Shown here piece by piece: positions 27,953-36,825 of a DNA stretch of 64,000 bases (its first letter is position 1; every line of letters starts with the position of its first letter). This DNA is from an uncultured virus (IMG/VR IMGVR_UViG_3300025849_000024) (taxonomy: Duplodnaviria > Heunggongvirae > Uroviricota > Caudoviricetes > Crassvirales). The stretch is from IMG/VR virus record IMGVR_UViG_3300025849_000024, one strand, 5' to 3'. The notes beneath the pieces were generated by a model. It was given only the letters and a program-made list of their open reading frames with translations, had not been told where the DNA came from and made no database searches. Both the position numbers and the translations under genes were made by a program.

Positions 27953-28070
27953 CAAATTCTAAAAAAATTTTTACTATCTAAAATTGTGAATGCATATACC
28001 ACCTAATGTAAACTCCCCCTCCTAAATATGGCGGAGGAACTACCCCGAGCCTTAAAATCTCACTTATATT

Positions 28071-28262
28071 ATGGAAAATGTATTTAAAATTGCAAACGTA
28101 ACAGACATTCGTCAAGACAAGAACGGCGAAGACTATTTCTTAGTGGCAACTACTGGCTACTTTGACGAAAACGATGTGTACTTCATGGGTCAATCTGTGT
28201 TCTTAAGAGATGTGGATAACCACTCGAAGTTCAAAGTTGGCGGTAGTATAGTAGTATCGTAA
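28071..28262 (+). CDS. Small beta-rich early protein
   Basis: 63 aa; A/T-rich leader and a strong terminator immediately after; N-terminus resembles 29758-30297. Confidence 0.7.
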   Translation: MENVFKIANVTDIRQDKNGEDYFLVATTGYFDENDVYFMGQSVFLRDVDNHSKFKVGGSIVVS

Positions 28263-28267
28263 ATTAT

Positions 28268-28293
28268 GGGGAGCCTTCGGGTTCCCCTTATTT
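28268..28293 (+). terminator. Rho-independent terminator
   Basis: GGGGAGCC-TTCG-GGTTCCCC-TTATTT. Confidence 0.8.
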
Positions 28294-28311
28294 GGGGCTG
28301 TGCTTATTATA

Positions 28312-28348
28312 CAACAACCTACTGTATAAACTCCAACAACCTACTGTA
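28312..28348. repeat. 15-bp direct repeat with 22-bp period
   Basis: CAACAACCTACTGTA at 28312-28326 and 28334-28348. Confidence 0.85.
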
Positions 28349-28527
28349 ATCTCCACCTTACAACATTGTTCTGGGTGTATTTACGACAAGCAGGTCAATA
28401 CACTGTACAATCCACCCATTTACACACCAACATCATAATGTACTATTAATTATATAGACATTATTATACAACACCTTATAAACACACCTTACAATTTACT
28501 CACTTATTAATCCTTTAATTTACAATT

Positions 28528-28749
28528 ATGTCAGATCCAATCGTAAAAAAGTACAAACATCATATCTTATTAGATACAGGTGTAATATGTGTACACTACC
28601 ACAACAGTCAAGAAGTCAAAGTCTATAATGACTACAGATCCTTTGCAATAGACCATCCTAAACCTGCTTACCAACACTCACAGTTTTGGATTAAAGTAAA
28701 ACAATATCTACAAAGCGTAGGTATCTCACGTAATACCACCTCATCATGA
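28528..28749 (+). CDS. Hypothetical early protein
   Basis: 73 aa; ATGA overlap with the next gene. Confidence 0.65.
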   Translation: MSDPIVKKYKHHILLDTGVICVHYHNSQEVKVYNDYRSFAIDHPKPAYQHSQFWIKVKQYLQSVGISRNTTSS

Positions 28750-28952
28750 AAAATACTAAACTAATGTTAGCAGTTATCTCAACCTTTCTATTAACATGGC
28801 TATTTATAGCAACCGTTGGTTATTTATTATCTAACCATTACACTATCCAGCAATGCTTAACAGATAATGTTACTATCACAGTAATGTTAATGTTTGGTTG
28901 GATACCAACTATTCCTGTGTTACTTGACTTAAGCAATAGATATGAATTATAA
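28746..28952 (+). CDS. Small membrane protein (2 TM)
   Basis: 68 aa with two hydrophobic segments. Confidence 0.65.
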   Translation: MKNTKLMLAVISTFLLTWLFIATVGYLLSNHYTIQQCLTDNVTITVMLMFGWIPTIPVLLDLSNRYEL

Positions 28953-29118
28953 TGATGCTGCAATTGAGGCTTTGCGAAAAGAATTAACAAAGCTTCAGGC
29001 TGAGAACAAACAGCTCGAGAAAGAAAATATATTACTACTTCAATCAACAGTTAGACTGCGTGAGAAGATCAGTAAGCTTAAACCGACAACAATATCATCG
29101 TCTAATCTTAATATTTAA
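28942..29118 (+). CDS. Small coiled-coil protein (58 aa; below cutoff)
   Basis: MNYNDAAIEALRKELTKLQAENKQLEKENILLLQSTVRLREKISKLKPTTISSSNLNI; heptad leucines. Confidence 0.65.
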   Translation: MNYNDAAIEALRKELTKLQAENKQLEKENILLLQSTVRLREKISKLKPTTISSSNLNI

Positions 29119-29121
29119 TCT

Positions 29122-29262
29122 ATGGAAACATTTCAATTTATAGCAATGCATTTTGCTCTATTATTATACTTCCTATGCTTAACCGCTTTTGCACTACTAT
29201 TTCCTGTTGCAATGTATAGGTCAATCAAATCACACTTAAAGAAAAAGAAAACTCTGTCCTGA
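29122..29262 (+). CDS. Small single-pass membrane protein (46 aa; below cutoff)
   Basis: METFQFIAMHFALLLYFLCLTAFALLFPVAMYRSIKSHLKKKKTLS. Confidence 0.6.
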   Translation: METFQFIAMHFALLLYFLCLTAFALLFPVAMYRSIKSHLKKKKTLS

Positions 29263-29293
29263 TAACAGAATCTAGTGAGATAGATATAGTAAT

Positions 29294-29322
29294 GAGAGTG
29301 GGTCAGGCTGCTCTCTTTTTTT
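29294..29322 (+). terminator. Probable terminator
   Basis: GAGAGTGG-GTCAGG-CTGCTCTC followed by T7. Confidence 0.55.
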
Positions 29323-29350
29323 AAATCAATTTTTTAAATCAATAAATAAC

Positions 29351-29578
29351 ATGTTCGCAAAACTTCCAGAAGACACCATTCTTCAGAGCATCGAGACAGG
29401 ACGTTTCAGTGTTTTAAAATTGGACAATGACAGCAGGTATACACAGCTTATTCAAGTGTATCCTAAATCATGGCACTCACACATTAAACATGCATTTAGA
29501 ATGCAGTGTGAAGACATGATAAGTGAATTAGTAACATACTCTAGTAGTTTCAAGAATCAATTAGTCTTGTCAGTATGA
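29351..29578 (+). CDS. Hypothetical early protein
   Basis: 75 aa with an A-rich leader. Confidence 0.65.
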   Translation: MFAKLPEDTILQSIETGRFSVLKLDNDSRYTQLIQVYPKSWHSHIKHAFRMQCEDMISELVTYSSSFKNQLVLSV

Positions 29579-29691
29579 AGAGAGTGTTAATCCTATTAAT
29601 TCTATCACTAGTACTAGGTGCTTGTGTTAGTACAACGACATGCACAACCAAGGCGACTAATCGTGGTGGTGGATGGATAATAAACAGATAA
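29575..29691 (+). CDS. Small lipoprotein (38 aa; below cutoff)
   Basis: MKRVLILLILSLVLGAC-VSTTTCTTKATNRGGGWIINR: basic N-terminus, hydrophobic core, lipobox LGAC; ATGA overlap with the upstream stop. Confidence 0.7.
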   Translation: MKRVLILLILSLVLGACVSTTTCTTKATNRGGGWIINR

Positions 29692-29757
29692 GTATTTGGC
29701 TAACGGTTCTGCCTAAGTAATAAGAACCATTTATAAATCAACAAAATATAATTAATT

Positions 29758-30297
29758 ATGGTACGAGTACAATCAATTTCAGAAGTTTATCAAGACACAA
29801 ATGGTAAGAACTTCAAAGTAGTAACATTAGAATCTCCAGGATTCAGAGAAGTAGCTGATCCAATGACAGGAGAAATAGTTTATGCATTAGCAGCACCTAA
29901 AGTCACAAAGAAATGTGTGTGGGAAGCATCTTATTTAGATGAATCAAAACACTATCTTTATGACGCGACAAATGGTCAAGCGGTTTACGGTACAATTGTA
30001 ACAGCTCAAACAGATGAGTATACAATTACGGGAAGCGATGGTGTAGAGAGAACAGTAAGCACTTACACTGGTTTCGTAGAAGGAACTAATGAAGATGCAA
30101 ACTTTGAGTCTCTTATCTCTGCAATGTTAAGATCTGCTGGACGTGAAACTCCAGAGAATGCTGTTCCAAAGCAAGAAATTGCTAAAGAACACATTGCTGC
30201 TACAAAAGCAGGAGAGCAAATCGATATGGTCAATCAAATAGATGAGTTAGCTAAAGTTTCTGTAGAAGAAGCTGGAGACATCGAAGACCAATTCTAA
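29758..30297 (+). CDS. Hypothetical beta-rich protein with acidic tail (possible ssDNA-binding protein)
   Basis: 179 aa; ends EEAGDIEDQF; has its own terminator. Confidence 0.5.
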   Translation: MVRVQSISEVYQDTNGKNFKVVTLESPGFREVADPMTGEIVYALAAPKVTKKCVWEASYLDESKHYLYDATNGQAVYGTIVTAQTDEYTITGSDGVERTVSTYTGFVEGTNEDANFESLISAMLRSAGRETPENAVPKQEIAKEHIAATKAGEQIDMVNQIDELAKVSVEEAGDIEDQF

Positions 30298-30306
30298 TTA
30301 CTAACC

Positions 30307-30343
30307 GAGAGGGGTGTCACACATCGTGATGCCTCTCTTATTT
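30307..30343 (+). terminator. Rho-independent terminator
   Basis: GAGAGGGGTGTCAC-ACATC-GTGATGCCTCTC-TTATTT. Confidence 0.7.
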
Positions 30344-30359
30344 ATAAAACCACAACATT

Positions 30360-30575
30360 ATGAATGAATTATTTGATTACTGTGTAGAGTTCCTACACTG
30401 GCTAAAACCATACTTTGGTATGAGTTACCAGGAAATAAACATCTGGATATTTATTATTATTGAGCCTATCATATTCTTTGTAATGTGTTGGTACATAATA
30501 AAACTTAAAAAAACAAACAAAAGCTTATTGCTAAATATAAGAGTATTTGAACAGAAGCTTAAACATCGTAAATAA
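30360..30575 (+). CDS. Small membrane protein
   Basis: 71 aa; GMSYQEINIWIFIIIEP followed by a TM segment and a basic tail. Confidence 0.65.
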   Translation: MNELFDYCVEFLHWLKPYFGMSYQEINIWIFIIIEPIIFFVMCWYIIKLKKTNKSLLLNIRVFEQKLKHRK

Positions 30576-30592
30576 ATTAATAACAATAAGAT

Positions 30593-30895
30593 ATGTCAGA
30601 ACTATTTATTACAAACACAAAGCGGTCTGGTAGACCAAGAAGAAACTATACAAGAGGTCCATTAACAAAAGCAGAAAAAAGTTTTGTTACTAAATTCGTA
30701 GATAGTATGGTTAGAGATAAACAACGTTTTAGTGTAGTAGAGCTACAAAGCTCTTTATATGCTATAACCGGTAAGATAAGGAACACAACAACTATTGTTA
30801 AAATGGTTAATGTGTTACTAGATGATCCTAAGATAGGATACAAACCAAGCTGGTTTAAAAGACAAGCAACTAAATTATTAAATCTAATAAACTAG
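30593..30895 (+). CDS. Basic hypothetical protein (possible DNA binding)
   Basis: 100 aa; KRSGRPRR AT-hook-like motif. Confidence 0.6.
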   Translation: MSELFITNTKRSGRPRRNYTRGPLTKAEKSFVTKFVDSMVRDKQRFSVVELQSSLYAITGKIRNTTTIVKMVNVLLDDPKIGYKPSWFKRQATKLLNLIN

Positions 30896-30897
30896 CT

Positions 30898-32745
30898 ATG
30901 AACTATTTAATAAGTAACAACCCGGATCAAAAAACGTACGACGGATTAGTTTCCATTACATTACAGGATGCTATACCTCATCTCAAACAACAAGATATAA
31001 TTGGTTTCGATACAGAAACAACAGGTCTGCGGTTTGACAGTGAAGAGTTGTTACTTGTTCAAATATCGTCTAGAGAACATAACTATCTTATTGATGCACA
31101 ATCCGTTGACTTACAGCCTATCAAAGGTTTGTTTGAATCAACACGTGTGATTAAGATAGCACACAACGTTAAGTTTGACTACAAGTTTCTTAAGTTTAAC
31201 GGTATTACATGTGAGAATACATATGATACTATGCTTGCAGAACAAGTACTTAACTGTGGTAAGACAAGCTTACGTAATTCATTAAAAGCGCTGTTGGAAA
31301 GGTATCTGGATATATTTATGGACAAGAACACACGTTCTTCATTTATAGGACACAAGGGTACATTTACAAAAGCACAACTATTTTATGGTATTGAAGACAC
31401 TGCTAATTTAATTAAGCTTAGAGAACTACAACTGGAGAGCATCAAAAATTTAGGGCTTGAAGAAGTTGTACAACTGGAGAATGATGCAGCATTAGCATTT
31501 GCTGACATAGAATACAATGGTATTTATCTTGACAAAGACAAGTGGGAAGAGAATTATAAAGGTGTAAAAATAGATCTTGACAATGCTGTAGAAGAATTAG
31601 ATATGTTTATTGAACATGATCCAATCTTCAAAAAGCATAAGCTACCTTTTTTACAGATGGATATGTTTAAACCTATTGAAGAGATACGTAAAACAGATAT
31701 ATTATGGTCTTCACCAGCACAAGTACTTAATTTATTTCAGACTGTATCACCTCTATTAGAGAGTGTCAACGGTAAGTTATTGTTAATGCACACTGATGAT
31801 CATCCTATTATAAGTAAGTATATTAAATATAAAGAAAAAGCAAAGCTTTACAACGCCTATGGTCCTGATTTCTATAAGTATCTACATAACGATGGATGTG
31901 TCCACACAAACTTCAAACAAATACTTAATACGGGTCGAGTTAGTTCGTCTAAACCTAACATGCAACAGATACCTGCCTCCAACTCGTATAGAAATGCCTT
32001 TACTCCTGGACACAAGAATTGGGTATTTGTATCATCCGATTTTTCTTCACAAGAGCTATGTATTATTGCCTACGGATCTCAAGATCCAGTCTGGCTCGAT
32101 GCTCTTAAAGAAGGAAAGGATTTACACTCAATATGTGCTGACTTGATATTTGGTCAAGTGTGGCGTGATGCAGAAGGAGACGACAAGGAACGTAAAAGAC
32201 TACGTACAGCTGTAAAAGCTATTAATTTCGGTCTTGCTTACGGCATGTCAGAGTTTAAACTTGCTGATACACTGCAAATTACAACAGAAGAAGCTAAGGA
32301 AATGATAGACAAATACTTTACAGTGTTTCCATCTATTAAAAAGTTTCTTACTGCTCTCGGTAATTTTGGTAAAGACAAGGGTTATATCAGGACATTTAAG
32401 CCTTATCGTAGAATAAGATGGTTTGAAGAATGGGAGAATAATAAGAAAGATTTTGCTATTCTTGGTTCTATTGAACGTGCTTCTAAAAATACACCAATAC
32501 AAGGTACAGGTGCTGACATGACTAAGCTAGCTCTTATAAAAGTAAGAGAAATAATAGCTGTTAATAAATATCCAGTAAGACTTGTAATGACTGTACATGA
32601 TCAAATAGATACTGTATCACACAAAAATTTTGCTGAAGAATGGTCTGGTATTTTAAAGAATACAATGGAGGAAGCAGCTTTGCATATTATAGACAACGGC
32701 TTGTTAAAAAGCGACACAAACATCTCACAAGCGTGGGAAAAGTAA
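30898..32745 (+). CDS. polA: DNA polymerase family A with 3'-5' exonuclease
   Basis: 615 aa; Exo I FDTETTG, Exo II HNVKFD, TGRVSS.KPNMQQIP, motif A DFSSQE, motif B RTAVKAINFGLAYG, motif C VHDQI. Confidence 0.95.
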   Translation: MNYLISNNPDQKTYDGLVSITLQDAIPHLKQQDIIGFDTETTGLRFDSEELLLVQISSREHNYLIDAQSVDLQPIKGLFESTRVIKIAHNVKFDYKFLKFNGITCENTYDTMLAEQVLNCGKTSLRNSLKALLERYLDIFMDKNTRSSFIGHKGTFTKAQLFYGIEDTANLIKLRELQLESIKNLGLEEVVQLENDAALAFADIEYNGIYLDKDKWEENYKGVKIDLDNAVEELDMFIEHDPIFKKHKLPFLQMDMFKPIEEIRKTDILWSSPAQVLNLFQTVSPLLESVNGKLLLMHTDDHPIISKYIKYKEKAKLYNAYGPDFYKYLHNDGCVHTNFKQILNTGRVSSSKPNMQQIPASNSYRNAFTPGHKNWVFVSSDFSSQELCIIAYGSQDPVWLDALKEGKDLHSICADLIFGQVWRDAEGDDKERKRLRTAVKAINFGLAYGMSEFKLADTLQITTEEAKEMIDKYFTVFPSIKKFLTALGNFGKDKGYIRTFKPYRRIRWFEEWENNKKDFAILGSIERASKNTPIQGTGADMTKLALIKVREIIAVNKYPVRLVMTVHDQIDTVSHKNFAEEWSGILKNTMEEAALHIIDNGLLKSDTNISQAWEK

Positions 32746-32767
32746 TAACATTTTAAAACAATAAACA

Positions 32768-33367
32768 ATGGGATTTGATATTTACGGACTTAAACCACAT
32801 AACCCTCAACATTTAGTTAAACCTGAGCTTGATTTTTCTAGTGACACTACAGAAGAACAGAAAGAAGAATATTTTAATAGAATGGAACATTACGAGAAAA
32901 ATGTACCAGGACATTACTTTAGAAACAATGTGTGGTGGTGGAGACCCTTATGGACTTACGTATGTACTTATACAGAAGTGTTAAGTGTGCAACAACAAAA
33001 CGAAGGAAGCAGTAACAGCGGTGCTGAGGTTAATGAAAAAGATGCTATTGAATTAGCAACTCAATTACATAAGCTTATAGATTCTGGACACACCAGAGAT
33101 CATGAAGAAGCACATATGAGAGAGTATGAGCTAGCACAGATACGTAACAACGAGCTTGAAGAAGCACGTAAAGTTTTACACGAAGTAGTTATAGCAGAAA
33201 CAGGAGATGATTCTATTGTACCTGCTAACTATCCAGATCCTTTTAAAGAAGATTGGGATAAACTGTGGGAACAAAAACAATGGGCAGGTAGCTACCCTTT
33301 TAGCACCGATAATATTAAAGAATTCGCTAATTTCTGTTATGAATCAGGCGGATTTCAAATTTGGTAA
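32768..33367 (+). CDS. Conserved phage hypothetical protein
   Basis: 199 aa; MGFDIYG...YFRNNVWWWRPLW...EFANFCYESGGFQIW. Confidence 0.7.
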   Translation: MGFDIYGLKPHNPQHLVKPELDFSSDTTEEQKEEYFNRMEHYEKNVPGHYFRNNVWWWRPLWTYVCTYTEVLSVQQQNEGSSNSGAEVNEKDAIELATQLHKLIDSGHTRDHEEAHMREYELAQIRNNELEEARKVLHEVVIAETGDDSIVPANYPDPFKEDWDKLWEQKQWAGSYPFSTDNIKEFANFCYESGGFQIW

Positions 33368-33370
33368 ACT

Positions 33371-34090
33371 ATGAATGGATTTAAGACAACAAGAGACGCA
33401 GTACTAGCACAGCCGGTACCGCAAGCTACTAACACTTATGGACCTGTAGCGCATGAAACACTATTTGAACGTGTAGAAGCTGAGATACAGCGAAACAACT
33501 GGGAAGTAGAGGATGTCAGTTATAGAGGTGCAATGAATAACGATGTTGTTATTGCATATTATACTTTAGCAACCAAGTCTAACCTACCTGTTAAACCTAT
33601 GATAGGTATTATAAATTCATACAACAAGACACGACGTGTAGGTATTGCATGTGGTGCAAGAGTTATGATTTGTATGAACGGTATGATATCAGGTGAAGCT
33701 ACAGCAGCCAAAGTACATCGTTCTAAAGTAATGGACCATTTAGATCAAATGATACATGTTACTTTAGGATCATTAAGAAAGACCTTTGGAGATATAAACA
33801 ATGATATAGTCAATTTAAAAGAGCGTAAACTAGATGGAATGACAGAAGTGTCTCATATTCTTGGAGAGCTTTACGTACGTGATAGTATACTAACACCTAC
33901 ACAAGCCTCTGTAGTTAAAACTGAGATAACTGATTCAATACACTTTTCTATGAAAGAAGACACAGAGTCTTTCAACTCTTGGAATCTTTATAATAATGTA
34001 ACTGAGGCTTTAAAACGTTCACATCCTTTGAATGAGTTTAAAGATTATCACAAAGTGCATGATTATTTTAAAAATTACATAAGCGTATGA
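33371..34090 (+). CDS. DUF932-family protein
   Basis: 239 aa; YGPVAH...IINSYN...GARVMICMNG...H...WNLYNNVTE. Confidence 0.75.
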   Translation: MNGFKTTRDAVLAQPVPQATNTYGPVAHETLFERVEAEIQRNNWEVEDVSYRGAMNNDVVIAYYTLATKSNLPVKPMIGIINSYNKTRRVGIACGARVMICMNGMISGEATAAKVHRSKVMDHLDQMIHVTLGSLRKTFGDINNDIVNLKERKLDGMTEVSHILGELYVRDSILTPTQASVVKTEITDSIHFSMKEDTESFNSWNLYNNVTEALKRSHPLNEFKDYHKVHDYFKNYISV

Positions 34091-35322
34091 AAATAGATCC
34101 AAAAAAACTTGCACGACAAAGACGTGTTATAGATGTTTGGAAACAATCAGGATACAAAGGTACTCTCGAAGCTGTAACAGGCTTCGGGAAAACCTATGTA
34201 GCGTGTCTAATTATACAAGACATGAATAAAAAACTTCCTGACAATACAACTTTAGTTGTAGTTCCAACCAGATATTTATACGAACAATGGCAGGCTGTTG
34301 TTAAAAGCCTTGAATTACTTAATGTAAAAATACAAGTTATTAATACTGGTGTTAAAAGCATAAGTAGCGTAGATCTTCTTGTTTTAGACGAGGTACATAA
34401 CTATGCATCTGATGTATTTAAAACTATATTTTCTAATGTACACTATCATTACATACTAGGATTAACTGCAACTCTAGAACGTAATGACAAGAAACATTAT
34501 ATTATAGAGCAGTATTGTCCTGTTGTAGATACAGTGAGTATGAAAGAAGCTCTTGCTAATGGTTATGTATCTAATTTTAAGGTGTATAATCTAGCAATAG
34601 AGCTGAACGACAAGGATAGGTATACGTATGAAAAATTACACGATGGTTTTAATAAGTATTTTAAGTGGTTTGATTTTAATTTTCAAGCAGCAATGAAATG
34701 TTTACAATCACAAGAGTATAGAGAACACTACGCAGCTAAAACAGGATACGATGTAAATGGTATCATGGCAGCTGCAGTACAGTGGTCTAAAAATATGCGT
34801 AATCGTAAGACTTTTTTATACAATCATCCATCTAAGTTTTTGGCTGCGAAGGAATTAATTGATACCTTTGATGTCCCGACAATCACATTTTCAGAGACTG
34901 TTAAGTTTGCTAATGAGCTTACAAAGACGTTACAACCTTGGGCAGTTTCTTATCATTCTAAAATGAAGCCTTATGCCAAGAAAATGGCAATTGAGAACTT
35001 CAAAGATCCGAAAAGCGATATCAAGGTTATATCAACGGCTCGTGCTTTAGATGAAGGGTTTGACATTCAAGGTGTATCTATGGCTATAGTATGTAGCGGT
35101 ACCTCAACGTCTAGACAAGATCTTCAACGTACAGGTAGAGCTATTCGCTGGGCTCCGGGTAAAACTGGTTTAATGATAAACTTGTACATTGCAGATACAC
35201 AGGATGAGAAGTGGTTAAGGCAAAGACAGAAGAAAACGATTAACGCTACTCACGTTAATTCTATAGAACAAATAAAAGAGGCTCTGAGTAAAGCTTCTCT
35301 AGAATATTTAAACGTTATTTAG
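34087..35322 (+). CDS. Superfamily 2 helicase (UvsW/XPB-like)
   Basis: 411 aa; TGFGKT, DEVH, GLTAT, LDEGFD, QRTGRAIR. Confidence 0.9.
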   Translation: MKIDPKKLARQRRVIDVWKQSGYKGTLEAVTGFGKTYVACLIIQDMNKKLPDNTTLVVVPTRYLYEQWQAVVKSLELLNVKIQVINTGVKSISSVDLLVLDEVHNYASDVFKTIFSNVHYHYILGLTATLERNDKKHYIIEQYCPVVDTVSMKEALANGYVSNFKVYNLAIELNDKDRYTYEKLHDGFNKYFKWFDFNFQAAMKCLQSQEYREHYAAKTGYDVNGIMAAAVQWSKNMRNRKTFLYNHPSKFLAAKELIDTFDVPTITFSETVKFANELTKTLQPWAVSYHSKMKPYAKKMAIENFKDPKSDIKVISTARALDEGFDIQGVSMAIVCSGTSTSRQDLQRTGRAIRWAPGKTGLMINLYIADTQDEKWLRQRQKKTINATHVNSIEQIKEALSKASLEYLNVI

Positions 35323-35323
35323 T

Positions 35324-35887
35324 ATGCTATTAAACACTCCGAAACAGTACGTAGACTATTTGTGCAAGCATAATATTAGTCCAGAACAATTCTTATTTCT
35401 TTACATTATTTATGAAAACGACTACGCTTCTCTGTATAAGTACGTAAACGAGAACGGTGGTTTTGAGCTTAAAAGTTTAGAAGATTTAGAAAACCGGGGG
35501 TATTTAATTAACGAGGGAGGTAGTGATACCTCATGGGCAGATAACTATCGTGTTACAAATAAATTCATAAAAGAGCTTTATAACACTGATATATCTACGG
35601 CATATGATGAGTTCTTTGAAGCTTATCCATTACAAATATACATTAACGGTAAAAAGCTACCTGGCAGAAATGCTACAATGAAAACACGTAGTTTTTACAA
35701 GAAAAGTATAGCGCCTAAACGTGCTTTGCACACAAAGGTTATGGAATGTCTTGAATGGGCTGTTAACAATGCACAAATACACATGGGCATGGAACGATGG
35801 CTAGAGACAGAACAATGGAAAACAATAGAACAATTAATGAAAACAGATATAGATGGATTTGAATCTCCAAACGACAAAGTTTACTAG
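35324..35887 (+). CDS. Putative replication initiator / helicase loader
   Basis: 187 aa; N-terminal wHTH-like segment and YDEFFEAYP motif; directly upstream of DnaB. Confidence 0.5.
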   Translation: MLLNTPKQYVDYLCKHNISPEQFLFLYIIYENDYASLYKYVNENGGFELKSLEDLENRGYLINEGGSDTSWADNYRVTNKFIKELYNTDISTAYDEFFEAYPLQIYINGKKLPGRNATMKTRSFYKKSIAPKRALHTKVMECLEWAVNNAQIHMGMERWLETEQWKTIEQLMKTDIDGFESPNDKVY

Positions 35888-36815
35888 TCTACAAATAAAG
35901 ACAGCACAACAAGCTATTAAAGAAGCCGATCAGTTTTTGCACGAAGGTGCTACTGGTAAACGTCCTTACTTAGCTACAAGATGGCAGAAGGTAAACACAA
36001 TGTTGCTTGGTGGTTTTCATTTTGGTCAGACCTATATGCTATGTGGTGCATCAGGTCATGGTAAATCATTTTTTGCTAACATGTTGCACACTGATTTTAC
36101 GTCTAATTATCTAGGTAACCAAGATGTGAAAGTGTTACATTTTTCTTTCGAGATGCATGCAAAAGACGAAATGATTCGTAAGATGAGTCAGTTAGGTAAA
36201 GTAGACTATAGAAAATTAGTCTCTTCTGACAATCCCTTATCTTTAGATGAATTAGAGTCTTTACGTAATGAGTATAGTAAGATGAAAAATGAAAATGTTT
36301 TTTATGTAGAAACCCCCTCTAACAGAGATAGAATTTATGCAACTATTAACGATTTTTGCAAGGAGTTTAAAGACTCTAAAATAGTTATCTCGTTAGATCA
36401 TACCTTGTTAGTAGCCCCAAACCCAGGTGAAAACGAAATACAATCTCTTGCTGAACTTGGTAAAATGTTTATACAAGTCAGAAAAGAGTTTCAAACATGT
36501 AATATTCTGATTGGTCAGATGAATGACAAGATGGAGAGTAAGGAGAGGAGAGATCCAACTAACCCTGCATTACATTATCCAACTAAGACAGACATACATG
36601 GTTCAAAACAAATCTATCATGCAGCGGATGTAGTGATGGTATTACACCAGCCGATATTGTTAAACATAGAGCACTATGGTAAGAAAAGATTTCCTACCAC
36701 TGATCTTGTTGCATTGCACTGTTTAAAGAACAGGACAGGTGTAGCAGGTTTAGTACGCCTTAAGAATAACCTATCTCACGGTAGATTTGATGATTACAGT
36801 TCAACTTTATTTTAA
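35853..36815 (+). CDS. dnaB: Replicative DnaB-like helicase (ATPase domain)
   Basis: 320 aa; GASGHGKS, FSFEM, LDH, GQMN, GSKQIYHAAD, LKNRTG. Confidence 0.9.
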   Translation: MDLNLQTTKFTSLQIKTAQQAIKEADQFLHEGATGKRPYLATRWQKVNTMLLGGFHFGQTYMLCGASGHGKSFFANMLHTDFTSNYLGNQDVKVLHFSFEMHAKDEMIRKMSQLGKVDYRKLVSSDNPLSLDELESLRNEYSKMKNENVFYVETPSNRDRIYATINDFCKEFKDSKIVISLDHTLLVAPNPGENEIQSLAELGKMFIQVRKEFQTCNILIGQMNDKMESKERRDPTNPALHYPTKTDIHGSKQIYHAADVVMVLHQPILLNIEHYGKKRFPTTDLVALHCLKNRTGVAGLVRLKNNLSHGRFDDYSSTLF

Positions 36816-36825
36816 AAACAATTAT

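Noticed and set aside
28211..28219. Perfect DnaA box (TGTGGATAA) near the candidate origin
   Set aside because: A single 9-mer inside a coding region; about one such match is expected by chance in an AT-rich window of this size.
27729..28348. Short repeats as a CRISPR mini-array
   Set aside because: Only two copies each, with no spacer or a 7-nt spacer, and no cas genes.
29706..29730. Inverted repeat GGTTCT...AGAACC upstream of 29758
   Set aside because: Only a 6-bp stem with no U-tract, and no second copy found; too weak to call.
17592..32745. Introns, inteins or homing endonucleases in MCP, terminase or PolA
   Set aside because: All are contiguous and of ordinary length, with no LAGLIDADG, HNH or intein terminal motifs seen.
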